Source: an uncultured bacterium (GTDB taxonomy: Bacteria > Verrucomicrobiota > Lentisphaeria > Victivallales > UBA1829). Taken from it: DNA of 64,000 bases. The stretch spans positions 69,821 to 133,820 of the forward strand of contig CACYZF010000004.1 in NCBI GenBank assembly GCA_902778895.1, written 5' to 3'. Of this stretch, positions 21,232-31,521 are shown piece by piece; within the stretch, counting starts at the first letter, position 1; the number at the start of each line of letters is the position of its first letter. A model generated the notes under the pieces. The model was given only the letters and a program-made list of their open reading frames with translations. It had not been told where the DNA came from and ran no database searches. The translations under genes were made by a program, and so were the position numbers.

Positions 21232-24082
21232 CCGTTTCCCATACAGCCGCCGGACTTCGAATCCGGCGGGATCTCTTCCCGGTTTCCATGCCGGGAGGAC
21301 GCTTTTTGTCTGCACGGCAGCCGGAACGCTCCTGTTGTGTTCCGGCATGACGCAGGCGGTCGCGCAGGATACGCCCGCCGCGGCCGCGGCAGAGAAACAG
21401 AAACCCTCGTATCCGGATAAAGAATCCGGCGACCGGGCGCGTACCGCGGGCGAATACGGCACGGCGGCGAGTTTCTACCGGCAGTATCGTGCGAAGGCGG
21501 AACAGAACGGCGACCAGGAAGCGCGCAAGGATGCATACGCCCGCGAACTGGACGCGCTGATCCTCGCGAATCTCGCCGATTCCGCGAAGAAGCTCCTGGA
21601 CGAATACCGCGCCGCTTTCCCGCAGCTGAACGCGAATTCCGTCAGTCTGTGGCAGGCGGAGATCTGTCTGCTTCAGCGTCGCGCCGACGAGGCGGACAAG
21701 ATTCTCCAGAGGCTGATTCCCGGCCTTGAAAAGCTTGATCCGAGCTATCTCCGTGCGCTCTCCTGCGCGGCGTTCGTCGCCGAGCTCAAGGGCGACCATG
21801 CCGCGGCCGCGAAGTGTTACGGCGAAATCGCGGGCAACAAGACGTTATTCGGGCGCAGGGCGTCGGAACGTCAGGTGTTGTCGCTTGCCGCGCTCGGCAA
21901 GTATGAGGACGCCTACGCCATCCTCAAATCCCTGCCCGAAGCCGAAAACATGCGCGACGTCGATGCGCTCAAGCTTCTGTCGTTCTACCTGAAACTTTCG
22001 GAGAAGGGCGCCGAGGCCATCTCGGACGACTGGAGCGGGATCAAATCCGTCTCCACCCCGCGCAAGGACAATTTTTTCTTCCTGGCGGCATGCCGCATCG
22101 GCGAGGAGTTCTCCAGGCGCGACGACTATGTCCGGGCTGCCGAGGCGTTCAACCTCGCCTATTCCTTCGCATCTGTCCGCGAGGACGCGTTCGACGCCAT
22201 GACGCGCCTGATCGGGGCGTTCCAGCGTCTGAAGGATAAGAAGACTGCCGCCGACCTGGCCTCGCGCATGCTGACGCTCTTTAAGGACTCCAAACTTTCC
22301 CCCGATTTCAAACTTCAGATCGCATCGGTCCTCTTCCAGGCGGGACGTCCCGACGACGCGCTGGACATCTGCCTCACCTGCATTTTCGATACGGCTCTTC
22401 CCGCCGCCGAACGCGAATCCGTCTATCGCAAACTCCTCGACATGATGCTGGCGGAAAAGGCGTTTCCGTCCGCCCGCAAGTTCGTGGAGGCGTTCGATAC
22501 GGTCCCGGCGAAGAAATCCGCCCGGGCGATGGACATGGCGGAGATCACATGGCGCGAGGGCAAGCCCGCCGAGGCAGCGAAGCTCTACCGCGCCATCGGC
22601 GATTCCTCCGCCGGACTCCGGTCCGAGGCCATGCTGAATGCCATGCGCTGTTCGCTGGAGGTCGGGCTTTATGCCGATCTGCTGGACGCCGCCGCCGCAC
22701 TCCGCAAGGCGGATTCCGAACACTTTGACCCGGAAGCTGTTTATCTTTCGGCTGTCGCGCAGGACAGGACCGGCGACGCCGCGGCCGCCGCGCAGAGTTA
22801 TCTGGACTATGAAAAGGCCGCTCCGAAGACGGTGGAAACGCAGGAACGCCGTGCTGCCGCCCTCTATGCCGCCGGACGCCTTCAGATCCGTCTCGGCGAG
22901 CCCGGCAAAGCTGTGGAATCCCTCCGCAGGCTCCGGCAGGATTACGGTTCGCTTCCGGCCGCGGAACCGGGCCGTTACTGGCTGATCCATGCCATGTACT
23001 CCTCCGGCGACGAGGTCGGCGCGGAACGCGAATCCTGGCGCTTCATCGAGGACGATCCCGAATCCGAATATGCCGGGGCGGCTCTGCTGCGTCTCGCGGA
23101 ACATTACCGCGGCATCGGGTCGGTCCAGCATGCGGAAAGCACGGTCGATCAGCTCCTGAACCAGGAGAAATACCCGAAGATCCGGGCCCGCGCCTCCTAC
23201 GAAAAAGCTCTGATCGCCTACCAGCGCGACGACCTCACGTCTGCGCTTTCCGCCCTGGACGCCATCGACGCGCTTTCCCCCGACGCCGCGCTGACGGGAG
23301 ACGTTCATTATCTTCGCGGCGACATCGCCCGCGCGTTCAGCGATTTCACGAAGGCCCGTGCAGAATACGAGGCCGCCGCAAAAGCTGTCCCCGGTTCCCT
23401 GCTGGAACAGGCCGCTCTCGGCTCGGCAGCGGACTGCGTCTATGCGCTTGCCACGGGCTCGGCCGTAGCGACGAAGCAGAAGGAAACGGCCTCCACGGTC
23501 TCCCAGACGGCGGCGAAGCCCGCACCGGCATCGCAGACCGATACGAAGCCTTCCGCCGCTGTACAGGCCGCCGGAACGCCAAAAACCGCCGACACGGCTA
23601 AATCCGAGGATACGCCAAAGACCGCCGCGCCGGAAGTCGTCTTCCCGTCCGCCGAAGCCTGCCGGTTGGCCGCCGGACAGTATCAGGCGCTCCTGAAGCT
23701 CAAGAACCTGCGTCCCGAATATGAGGCCATGGCTTATTACAAAGCCGGCCAGTCCCTCTGGAAAGCGGGCGACGAAAAGGAGGCGTTCGGCCTCTTCAAC
23801 AAGACGGTCTACCTGGTCCCGGCAGAGGATGCCGCGTCCAGGCCCGTCGAGGCTTTTTGGATCTTCCGCGCGGTCGACGCCCTCGAATCCCTCGCGCACA
23901 AGGATCCGTCCGTCTCCAACGTGGAATCCACCGTCGGCGCGCTCCGCTGGCTGGAGCAGACCGGCACGGTCGACCAGGCTTCGGTCCGCCAGCGGATCCG
24001 TGCCCTCCGCAAGAAACAATATCAGCCGCCGGTCCCGGCGGTCCCCAATACAACCACCAGTCCGGAGTCAACCAAATCATGA
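21224..24082 (+). CDS. secreted TPR-repeat protein
   Basis: Start placed at MLNRF, overlapping the recA stop by 8 nt; this start is uncertain. Signal-like [21 protein letters not shown]. Repeated Ala/Tyr/Leu TPR-like helices throughout. ATGA overlap with the next gene. Confidence 0.65.
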   Translation: MLNRFPYSRRTSNPAGSLPGFHAGRTLFVCTAAGTLLLCSGMTQAVAQDTPAAAAAEKQKPSYPDKESGDRARTAGEYGTAASFYRQYRAKAEQNGDQEARKDAYARELDALILANLADSAKKLLDEYRAAFPQLNANSVSLWQAEICLLQRRADEADKILQRLIPGLEKLDPSYLRALSCAAFVAELKGDHAAAAKCYGEIAGNKTLFGRRASERQVLSLAALGKYEDAYAILKSLPEAENMRDVDALKLLSFYLKLSEKGAEAISDDWSGIKSVSTPRKDNFFFLAACRIGEEFSRRDDYVRAAEAFNLAYSFASVREDAFDAMTRLIGAFQRLKDKKTAADLASRMLTLFKDSKLSPDFKLQIASVLFQAGRPDDALDICLTCIFDTALPAAERESVYRKLLDMMLAEKAFPSARKFVEAFDTVPAKKSARAMDMAEITWREGKPAEAAKLYRAIGDSSAGLRSEAMLNAMRCSLEVGLYADLLDAAAALRKADSEHFDPEAVYLSAVAQDRTGDAAAAAQSYLDYEKAAPKTVETQERRAAALYAAGRLQIRLGEPGKAVESLRRLRQDYGSLPAAEPGRYWLIHAMYSSGDEVGAERESWRFIEDDPESEYAGAALLRLAEHYRGIGSVQHAESTVDQLLNQEKYPKIRARASYEKALIAYQRDDLTSALSALDAIDALSPDAALTGDVHYLRGDIARAFSDFTKARAEYEAAAKAVPGSLLEQAALGSAADCVYALATGSAVATKQKETASTVSQTAAKPAPASQTDTKPSAAVQAAGTPKTADTAKSEDTPKTAAPEVVFPSAEACRLAAGQYQALLKLKNLRPEYEAMAYYKAGQSLWKAGDEKEAFGLFNKTVYLVPAEDAASRPVEAFWIFRAVDALESLAHKDPSVSNVESTVGALRWLEQTGTVDQASVRQRIRALRKKQYQPPVPAVPNTTTSPESTKS

Positions 24083-24726
24083 AATATCTGTCCATGCTTT
24101 TTCAGCAGGGCGGTCCCGTGCTTGCGCTGATCGCTCTCTGCGCGCTGATCGCCGCGTTCATCTTCATCTGGAAATGGTTCGAGTTCTACCGCGCCCAGAT
24201 GGACGTCAACGAGATCGTCACCGGCCTCACCAACGTACTCCGGCGCGACGGCATGATCGAGGCGATCACGCTGTGCGACAATTCGCCCGGTCCGGTCCCG
24301 CGCGTCCTCGCCAGCGCCATCCGCGCCTACAAGGAGGGAGACGACATCCGCGACGCCCTTGCCACCCAGACCCTGATCGAGGTGCCGCGCCTGGAATCGC
24401 GTCTCAACATCCTCGCCACGCTCGCCTATGTGATGCCACTGCTCGGCCTCCTCGGCACCGTGCTTGGTCTCGTGGATTCCTTCCAGACCATCACCGCCAA
24501 CCCGGACGCCGCGATCACGACCCTGCCCGAGCTCTCCAAGGGCGTCTACAAGGCGCTCCTCTGCACTGCCGCCGGACTCTCCGTCGCCATCCCGTGCCAC
24601 ATCGCCTACAACTACCTGGTCTCCCGCGTGCAGGATTTCTGCACGGACATGGAGAAAGCCTCCGCCGAGATCATGTATTTCTTCCGCCACCACAAAAAAG
24701 AGAACGGCGCCGACCATGCCGAATGA
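24079..24726 (+). CDS. MotA/TolQ/ExbB-family proton channel
   Basis: Start trimmed to MKYLSML. Three TM segments. Conserved LGLLGTVLGL and ALLCTAAGLSVAIP blocks. Confidence 0.85.
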   Translation: MKYLSMLFQQGGPVLALIALCALIAAFIFIWKWFEFYRAQMDVNEIVTGLTNVLRRDGMIEAITLCDNSPGPVPRVLASAIRAYKEGDDIRDALATQTLIEVPRLESRLNILATLAYVMPLLGLLGTVLGLVDSFQTITANPDAAITTLPELSKGVYKALLCTAAGLSVAIPCHIAYNYLVSRVQDFCTDMEKASAEIMYFFRHHKKENGADHAE

Positions 24727-25186
24727 AGCCCCGATCCAGGTAAAGACCAAGCTCAAGATATTCAGCGGCCTGCCCAGTCTGGTCCTGTATTTCTGTGTCT
24801 TTTTCATCCTGCTGGTGTTCTTCATGCTCAGCTCGAACTTCGTCCCGCTCCGCGGCGTCGAGGTCGAACTCCCCAGAAGCGGCGGCAGGTTCCTCTACAC
24901 CTCCCGCAACTACGTCGTGACCATCGACAAGGACAGCCGCATCTACTTCAACGATGCCGCCGTCTCCGGCGCGGCCGAGCTCAAACGCCAGCTTTCCGAG
25001 TCCCTGAACGCGCGCGGATTCCAGCCGGACAAGGAACGCGTCATCATCCGCTGCGACGTCCGTGCCCCGCTCACCGTCGTCGCCGAGATTCTGGCCGTCG
25101 CGGAGGAGCTGAACGTCAACGCCCTCTTCATGTCCGCCGGCCCCGCGCGCGGCCGGACGACCAGTTTCACCGAGCCTGAATCATGA
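24716..25186 (+). CDS. ExbD/TolR-family biopolymer transport protein
   Basis: Start trimmed to MPNEAP. A single N-terminal TM helix, then V(E)LP...I.ID..G.IYFN and IIRCD...PL..VV.IL patterns typical of ExbD. Confidence 0.8.
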   Translation: MPNEAPIQVKTKLKIFSGLPSLVLYFCVFFILLVFFMLSSNFVPLRGVEVELPRSGGRFLYTSRNYVVTIDKDSRIYFNDAAVSGAAELKRQLSESLNARGFQPDKERVIIRCDVRAPLTVVAEILAVAEELNVNALFMSAGPARGRTTSFTEPES

Positions 25187-25977
25187 CGGATGCCCCCGGA
25201 CAATTCCTGCTGCCCATCGACGAGTCGCTTCCGAAAGAACGCCTCCGTCGGTCCATGCTTCTGCTTGTCGGGGTTGCGGTTGTCCTGATCCATCTGCTTC
25301 TGGTCACCGTTTTTACACCGCTGAAACCGGATCCGGCTGGGGGCGCGGTCCCGCGCGCCGACCGGACCACGCTGTACGTTTCTTCGCGCGTCACGGATTC
25401 GGAGCCGCTTTTCGTGAAGATGGTTGACATGTTCGATCCGGTTTCGTTTCTGCATCCGCCGGAGGAATTCGGATTTTCCTTTTTCCGTACGTCCCAGGCT
25501 GAAACCGGCCCGGATGCTTCGTTCGATCTTCCGCTTCCGGCGATACTTTCCTCTGTGACGGCAGCTCCGGGGATTTCCCTGGCGGCGGTCAGCCGTCCGC
25601 TTCTCCCGGATGTCCCGGATTACGATCCCGAAACCGCTGCCGTCGCGGCTCCCGTCTATCCGTACTGGGCGGCGGACTCCGCTTCCGGCGTGGTTTTCCC
25701 GGTGTTTCGCCTCGGCTCCTCGGAGGAGCGCACCCTGCAGCGGCAGTGTCCCTCGGAACAATCCGTTTTCCTGATCAAAACTCCTGTCTTGCCCGATCTT
25801 CCTTATGAGGCGGTGCTGGAGAGATCATGCGGCGTCGCCGAACTTGATCTGACGGCGCGCGCCTGGCTCGACACGCTTCTGAATTCGTCCGACTGTCCCG
25901 CCGGACTGAAAACCGGCGGGTTCTGCCGGGTCGTCTGGTCCGCCGAATCCCTGCGGAAGGAGGTGCCCGTCCGATGA
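25183..25977 (+). CDS. TonB-like membrane-anchored protein (putative energy transducer)
   Basis: ATGA-coupled to the exbD-like gene. N-terminal TM helix (LLLVGVAVVLIHLLLV), Pro-rich middle, and a C-terminal SCGVAELDLTARAWL block that weakly resembles a TonB C-terminal domain. Confidence 0.4.
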   Translation: MTDAPGQFLLPIDESLPKERLRRSMLLLVGVAVVLIHLLLVTVFTPLKPDPAGGAVPRADRTTLYVSSRVTDSEPLFVKMVDMFDPVSFLHPPEEFGFSFFRTSQAETGPDASFDLPLPAILSSVTAAPGISLAAVSRPLLPDVPDYDPETAAVAAPVYPYWAADSASGVVFPVFRLGSSEERTLQRQCPSEQSVFLIKTPVLPDLPYEAVLERSCGVAELDLTARAWLDTLLNSSDCPAGLKTGGFCRVVWSAESLRKEVPVR

Positions 25978-26222
25978 TCCCGATCCCGCTCGACCGTATT
26001 TTCGTGTGGTACTTCGCCACCTGGTTTTTCGTGATCGCCCTGCTGTGGATTTGCGACGAACTCCGCAAACGCAAGAATACGAGCGACTCCGTTGTGAAGG
26101 ACCGCCTCTATCTCTGCGGCAAATGCAACCTTACGTTCCTCGCGCGCGACGACCGCGAACATATCGTCCGCTGTCCGCGCTGCCACGAGATGTGCTTCTT
26201 CCGTCAGAGCAAGCGCTTCTGA
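25974..26222 (+). CDS. small membrane protein with a C-terminal zinc ribbon
   Basis: ATGA-coupled. TM helix FVWYFATWFFVIALLWI. CGKC-X16-CPRC. Confidence 0.5.
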   Translation: MIPIPLDRIFVWYFATWFFVIALLWICDELRKRKNTSDSVVKDRLYLCGKCNLTFLARDDREHIVRCPRCHEMCFFRQSKRF

Positions 26223-26299
26223 GGAGGGCAAGCCCTCCACGGCGGTAGTGCCCGGCTGCGTTCGGACACACTGCAAGCAGTGCCGAAAAAGTGCCCGGG

Positions 26300-27802
26300 T
26301 TATTCCTCGTCCGGATTGGGGAACTGCACCAGATAGAACCGCATGTTGTGCAGGAAGTCCGGCGCGACCGTGATCCCCATGTGCGCCCCGCTCACGTGAA
26401 TGACGCCCTTCCAGCGTACCGGAGATTTCATTCTCGGTCCCCAGGCTCCCGGTCCATCGGGGTTCCGCAGGTCGGCCCGCGCGCTCACGGCGGATACTTT
26501 GCCGTCGCCGGAATCGTACCGGACCACGCGCAGATCGCCGTTTTCATCGACCAGCGCGAGCGAGGAGGTCGGCACGGAGTCTCCGATGAAGATCATCTGG
26601 AAGACGTCGGAATCCTTCGGATCGGGCGTCGAGAGCATGGATGCGATGCGTTTTGCCGAATTCAGGCATTTCTGAAGGTGTTCCAGCGCGATGTAACGGC
26701 GTTCCGTCGCCGTCTTCACGTCCGGCAGCAGCCACTGCAGATCGGCGTCGAAATCCGGGTTAGCGAGTCCCCAGTCGTACTGGATCCACGTGTTCAGGTC
26801 GTACAGGTCGACCGCCTCCCCGCGGGCGATGGATTCCTCGTCGGTCTTGCCCGGGACGGCTTTCCGCACGGCGGCGAACTGAGGGAACGGCATCATCTCG
26901 TAATAAGACGGGAAGGTTCCAATCACGGCGGCGGGGTAGAGCGGCGCGCCCGGCTGAAGCCTCAGACCGTTCACCAGCTCGACGACGGTGTCCAGATACC
27001 CGCTGTTCGGCGTCCCGATCTGAATGAGCTTGCCGACGTTTTTCGCGCCGGCCCAGGTGATCGCCGGATCCGGTGCGCCTTCCTCGGGCAGGGGCGTTTC
27101 CCCATAACGCATGTAATACCGTGCGATCAGCCCGCCCATGCTGTGTCCCATGAGGTCGAACCGGACGGGATCCGGCGAGGCGCCGTACCGGACGCGGTAT
27201 TCCTCGCTCAACCGGGCCTGTTTGGCGCGGATGAACTTGCCGAGCTCGATGGCGTTTTCCGCGATGCTCCGCCGCCAGTCGTAGTAAAACACGAAGAATG
27301 TCGGGCAACGTTCGTCTTCCAGGTGTTCCTTCGAGCCTTCCTGCACGTAGCCCGCCTGTTTGATCGTGTCCACCAGCGGCCCGTAGGCGGCCATGGAAAA
27401 CTGAAGTCCGATCAGGCTGACCGAGACGGAGTCCAGCAGGAACGACGCCCGCGTGTTGTTGGAGAGTTCGCGCAGAGGTCTTCCCCAGCTCATCGGCACG
27501 GACAGCAGTTTCAGGTTGTCGCGGCCCGGCAGCGTCGGCGAAAACGTCCCCCAGAACTCTTTTCCGGTCGCCGGATCTTCCAGGCGCGCGCCGAGCAGGC
27601 CGTGGATCAGGATCACGGGATTCCGGCGGACGCCCTCGTATGCCAGGGAGCGTTTCGTCGCCTGGCTGAAAATCGTTTCCGTGGGCGTCAGCGCCGACTG
27701 GTACGACCCTACCGCGTCAGGCTGGCATGCGTTCAGTACAAGCATGACAAGCAATCCCGTCGCCGCAGTCAGGATCATTCCGAATAAACGTGCTCGTTTC
27801 AT
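26300..27802 (-). CDS. LCAT/PGAP1-like alpha/beta-hydrolase lipoprotein (lipase/esterase)
   Basis: Lipobox VLNAC. PVILIHGLLG. Nucleophile elbow LMGHSMGGLIARYYM. Confidence 0.7.
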   Translation of the reverse strand: MKRARLFGMILTAATGLLVMLVLNACQPDAVGSYQSALTPTETIFSQATKRSLAYEGVRRNPVILIHGLLGARLEDPATGKEFWGTFSPTLPGRDNLKLLSVPMSWGRPLRELSNNTRASFLLDSVSVSLIGLQFSMAAYGPLVDTIKQAGYVQEGSKEHLEDERCPTFFVFYYDWRRSIAENAIELGKFIRAKQARLSEEYRVRYGASPDPVRFDLMGHSMGGLIARYYMRYGETPLPEEGAPDPAITWAGAKNVGKLIQIGTPNSGYLDTVVELVNGLRLQPGAPLYPAAVIGTFPSYYEMMPFPQFAAVRKAVPGKTDEESIARGEAVDLYDLNTWIQYDWGLANPDFDADLQWLLPDVKTATERRYIALEHLQKCLNSAKRIASMLSTPDPKDSDVFQMIFIGDSVPTSSLALVDENGDLRVVRYDSGDGKVSAVSARADLRNPDGPGAWGPRMKSPVRWKGVIHVSGAHMGITVAPDFLHNMRFYLVQFPNPDEE

Positions 27803-29487
27803 GGCATTTCACCTTCCGTTATTAGTTTCTGCTTGCCCAGCAAGCTCTGATAATCGCCGGATATCCGTTCCAGCGCGGTCAGATACGCTTCGATCTGTTC
27901 CCGCGTGCCGCAGATGCTCACGCAACCCGCCGTCCCGCCGCCTTCACACGGCATGTCCATCCGCCCGAACGCCAGGAACCCGCGGATCTGCAGATCGGTC
28001 ACGGGCGCGATGAAGACTTCCGCATGCCGCAGCACGGAGAGCCCGAACGTGCCGACGACATCGTGGAATTCCTTCGGCATGAGATATTTCGCGTAGTAGT
28101 AGAAGAGTGGATGGATCATCGAAAGGAGCTCGAGCATCTCGTAGGTCTCGCTGCACCGGTAGCGCGTTTTTTTCAGCCTGCGGTTGAACTCGCGCTGGAA
28201 CAGGATGAATCCGCCCATCTTTTCGATGTGCGTCATGTAGTCGGAGGGGCGGATGAACACCAGGCTCAGCTCGCGTTCGAACCGCTGCGGAGGCTTTCCT
28301 TCCGCGGACTGTCCCGGTTCCACATCGACTGGGAACAGCATCTTCGCGTCGTGCAGCTGAGGAGATTTTGCAAGTCCCCACAGGATCATGCCGGCGATCG
28401 TCGCCGGACCGCGCATTTCCGCCGTATACGCCATGTTGATCCGGCGGCGCAGCTCCAGCAGGCCGTCAAACCGGAAAAACGCCCGTGCGCGGAACAATCC
28501 CTTGTGCGGCGTTTCTTGGATCTCGACCTCGGCCGTGGGACTCCCCGGGGCGGGGAAACTCATCTTTCCAGCCTCGCCCCATTCCGTTTTCAGCTCGGTC
28601 AGGACTTCCTGCATCGCCATCCCGTCCACCGGGACATGGTGATACTGGATCCACAAATCCGTCTCGCCGAGCTGCGGATGGATCCGCACGAAGACGTTCA
28701 GCAGGCCCCAGCCCGGATGCCGGTATGCCGTCACGTCCGGCGTTTTCAGGCGTTCCGCATGGATTTCCGCCCCGGTTCCGTGTTTCGGCAGCGGCAGGAA
28801 CGTTACGCAGGACGCGTTCATCATACGCCGGAGCAGACGCACGGCCTCCATGCGCTTCGCGAGGTTGGCCGCGTTCAGATACAGCACACGGCGCTTGACG
28901 ATCCGGTACAGCTTCCGGGCGCGCGTCGGATCGGTCCCGCCGTTCAGGCGGTTGTGCGTTCGCACGAGGAGCGAAAGGAGCATGTCGATTTCTTTTCCCG
29001 ACAGCGCCGACGGCGGATACCGCGGGTCGAGCACGATCCGCGCGTTTTCCAGTGTGCCATCCGCCCGGAATTCCACTTCCAGCAGATCGGTTTCCGTCAG
29101 TCGGCGGCGGTGCACACGGAACGTCTTCTGCATAATGGCCCAGTGAAGTTCCCCGTGCGCCCGGAGGAACTCGGCGAACCGCGAGAGAAAACGTTCCTTC
29201 GCCTCGTCCATGTCCCGCGGCGGCGCATCGGCCGGGTACGGCGTCACGCGGAAGATGCCGAGCATGAATTTGGAGATGTCGCCCTTCAAAAAGATCCCGG
29301 TAGCCTTCCGCCAGCCGTTTTCGGTCGGCTTCGCGCCCAGCAGTTTGCACAGCTGCAGCAGCTTCAGGAAGATCAGAAAGAAGATCGCGTTGAGCGACCA
29401 CTCGTCGATCAGACGCGTCATGTGGAACGACACCCACCGACGGATCCGCGATCCGCTGTCTTTTCTGGTTACCGGTGTCTTTTTCAT
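27799..29487 (-). CDS. HHxxxDG-motif acyltransferase-like protein (condensation/CAT/WS-DGAT superfamily-like)
   Basis: 562 aa. N-terminal hydrophobic segment. IQYHHVPVDGMAM matches the catalytic HHxxxDG. Its stop overlaps the start of the downstream lipase gene (ATGA). Confidence 0.5.
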   Translation of the reverse strand: MKKTPVTRKDSGSRIRRWVSFHMTRLIDEWSLNAIFFLIFLKLLQLCKLLGAKPTENGWRKATGIFLKGDISKFMLGIFRVTPYPADAPPRDMDEAKERFLSRFAEFLRAHGELHWAIMQKTFRVHRRRLTETDLLEVEFRADGTLENARIVLDPRYPPSALSGKEIDMLLSLLVRTHNRLNGGTDPTRARKLYRIVKRRVLYLNAANLAKRMEAVRLLRRMMNASCVTFLPLPKHGTGAEIHAERLKTPDVTAYRHPGWGLLNVFVRIHPQLGETDLWIQYHHVPVDGMAMQEVLTELKTEWGEAGKMSFPAPGSPTAEVEIQETPHKGLFRARAFFRFDGLLELRRRINMAYTAEMRGPATIAGMILWGLAKSPQLHDAKMLFPVDVEPGQSAEGKPPQRFERELSLVFIRPSDYMTHIEKMGGFILFQREFNRRLKKTRYRCSETYEMLELLSMIHPLFYYYAKYLMPKEFHDVVGTFGLSVLRHAEVFIAPVTDLQIRGFLAFGRMDMPCEGGGTAGCVSICGTREQIEAYLTALERISGDYQSLLGKQKLITEGEMP

Positions 29488-29737
29488 GCTGGAGGGTCTC
29501 CCCGACGCTGTCAGATTTTCCGTTTGCGTCCGCCGCCGGAGTCCCAGTTCCGGCGATCCGTCTCAGAACACAATTCCAAACATTAATATACTGCCTTTTT
29601 TGCTTTGTTCAAGCCGTCTCCGGTTTTTTGTTGCGGACGAAACTTCTGCCGGGGAGAAATGAACTCCTTCCGGATATCCGGACAATGCACCATAAGAAAA
29701 CTTTCGCCTCAAAAAGCTTTTTTTGACAGAAATGCGC

Positions 29738-29770
29738 TTGATTTTTTCCAAAACCGGAGTATAGTATTAT
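29738..29770 (+). promoter_or_regulatory. sigma70-like promoter of tRNA-Arg
   Basis: TTGATT-N16-TATAGTATTAT, about 30 nt upstream of the tRNA 5' end. Confidence 0.4.
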
Positions 29771-29798
29771 CACACAATTTGATTTGTGTCCCAATTAT

Positions 29799-29880
<82 letters not shown>

Positions 29881-29890
29881 CACCTCAATT

Positions 29891-29940
29891 TCACCCGTTT
29901 TCATGTTCCATGATAGCGGGTGATTTTTTGTGTTTCGTGA
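29891..29940 (+). terminator. intrinsic terminator after tRNA-Arg (island-borne)
   Basis: TCACCCG (29891-29897) pairs with CGGGTGA (29927-29933), followed by T6. Confidence 0.5.
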
Positions 29941-29945
29941 CACGA

Positions 29946-29970
29946 ATTACGGAAAATTTACGGAAAAATT
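29946..29970. repeat. tandem TTACGGAAAA boxes, left arm of an inverted pair
   Basis: ATTACGGAAAATTTACGGAAAAATT has two boxes 11 bp apart. The inverted partner is at 30112-30136. Confidence 0.7.
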
Positions 29971-30111
29971 ATGCGACGCGTTGAGCGTAAAATCACATGT
30001 TTCCGGTTTCTTCCTGTCTGAATGAACCCTTTTCCGGAGATTCTCTGTCCTACGCCATCCGATTGCTGCGTAGTTCCCTTATCGACCGCATCGGGACGAC
30101 ACTTTCATCCG

Positions 30112-30136
30112 GATTTCCGTAATTTTTCCGTAATCT
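30112..30136. repeat. tandem TTACGGAAA boxes, right arm (inverted)
   Basis: GATTTCCGTAATTTTTCCGTAATC is the reverse complement of the left-arm motif. Confidence 0.7.
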
Positions 30137-30174
30137 GAACTGGACCTGAGGTGAAAGGCTGATGTAATCCAAGC

Positions 30175-31461
30175 TCACGGCTTCAATGCGGAGATCGGGA
30201 GGACATGAACACCGTCTGGACGCGTATAGCCCATGCTGCCACCCGTGATTACCATGAAAAGGCTCGGCTCTTCAAGTGGGCACTGCCGTTCCGTCTGGTT
30301 ATGTTTGCGGATCAGCTGCCTGATTTCCAACAGATGGCTTGCCCCCTCCTCAATCTCGGACGATCCGAGCTTAATCTCTATCAGGGCATAGCGACCGTTT
30401 TTCAGGTGGAGGACTGCATCGGCTTCCAGGCCGTATCTGTCGCGGTAATAGGAGAGCTTGCCGCCAAGCGCGGACGAGTAGACCTTCAGATCGCGCATGA
30501 CGAGACTTTCAAACAGGAAACCGAATGTCTTGAAGTCTTTCAGCAGGTATTCCGGCTTGCTCCCGAGCGCAGCGGCAGCTACGGATGGATCGCACATCCC
30601 GCGTTTCAGACCGGAACGCATCCCCGTTGAACTCCGAAGCGCCGGACACCAGGCGTCGATGTCCGAAATAACGAAAAGGTTTCGAAGAGCTTCAATGTAA
30701 GAGCTGATCGTCGGGGCAGAGACTTCCCGCACGGAAAGAACATCCTTCCGGATGGTGGATACCGTTGCCAGAGTGGAGATGTTGCGGGCATACGATTTCA
30801 GCAGGGCGGCGGCCAGTTGCGGGTCGCGGTTGACACCGTCGATTTTTGAAATGTCCACCTCGGCAACGTTGTTGATGTAATCTTCCGCAACAAACAGTTT
30901 TGCATCGTCCCCCCGAACTTGAAGCGAAGACGGCCAGCCGCCACGGCAAGTGGCAAAGATCAGCTCCTCGACAGAAAGTTTTCCCTTTGCGCCGTCAATG
31001 CTGTCAGCCGGATGCGCGAACATCTCCGCCAGGGAAACCTGTCCCGTGGATTCCTGCGATTCCCAAAGCGACATCGGCAGCATCTCCAGCCTTGAAATCC
31101 TGCCCGTCCCCGTGTGTTTTGTCTTGGAATCATCTTTCACGACGGAGCCCGTCAGGATGTAAAGACCTTTTTCCGAACTGCGGTCCACGGAAACGCGCAC
31201 GGCATCCCACAGGACCGGGGCAAGCTGCCATTCGTCAATCAGACGCGGCTTGTCGCCCTGAAGCAGCAGAGACGGCTTCGTATCCGCGAGTTTGAGGTAT
31301 CCTTCCTGAAGATCCGGATCCTGCATCTCAAGGACGCTGGCGGCCTTCTGTTTTGCGGTCGTCGTCTTGCCGCACCACTTCGGGCCGACAATCAGGGTCG
31401 CGCCTACAGAACGCAGGCGCAAATCAAGTTCAGAATCAAGAACACGCGGCAAATACTTCAT
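30175..31461 (-). CDS. AAA+ ATPase with C-terminal DUF4143-type domain
   Basis: Walker A GPKWCGKTT. PRLIDEWQ (Walker B region). Overall layout matches the COG1373 ATP-binding proteins often seen on mobile elements. AAGGAGG upstream of the ATG. Confidence 0.85.
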   Translation of the reverse strand: MKYLPRVLDSELDLRLRSVGATLIVGPKWCGKTTTAKQKAASVLEMQDPDLQEGYLKLADTKPSLLLQGDKPRLIDEWQLAPVLWDAVRVSVDRSSEKGLYILTGSVVKDDSKTKHTGTGRISRLEMLPMSLWESQESTGQVSLAEMFAHPADSIDGAKGKLSVEELIFATCRGGWPSSLQVRGDDAKLFVAEDYINNVAEVDISKIDGVNRDPQLAAALLKSYARNISTLATVSTIRKDVLSVREVSAPTISSYIEALRNLFVISDIDAWCPALRSSTGMRSGLKRGMCDPSVAAAALGSKPEYLLKDFKTFGFLFESLVMRDLKVYSSALGGKLSYYRDRYGLEADAVLHLKNGRYALIEIKLGSSEIEEGASHLLEIRQLIRKHNQTERQCPLEEPSLFMVITGGSMGYTRPDGVHVLPISALKP

Positions 31462-31485
31462 CGGGACCTCCTTGGATTTCGATAT

Positions 31486-31514
31486 AATATAGGCCGGATT
31501 CCGGCATTTGTCAA
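31486..31514 (-). promoter_or_regulatory. near-consensus sigma70 promoter of the island ATPase, with a palindromic operator in the spacer
   Basis: On the minus strand: TTGACA-N17-TATATT(ATA). The spacer contains the 13-bp palindrome GCCGGA-A-TCCGGC (31493-31505). Confidence 0.55.
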
Positions 31515-31521
31515 GCTGAAT

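Noticed and set aside
21845-24019. 724-aa - strand ORF
   Set aside because: It runs antisense to the TPR protein gene. Its composition is Arg/Gly-rich and it has no signal sequence or recognisable domain.
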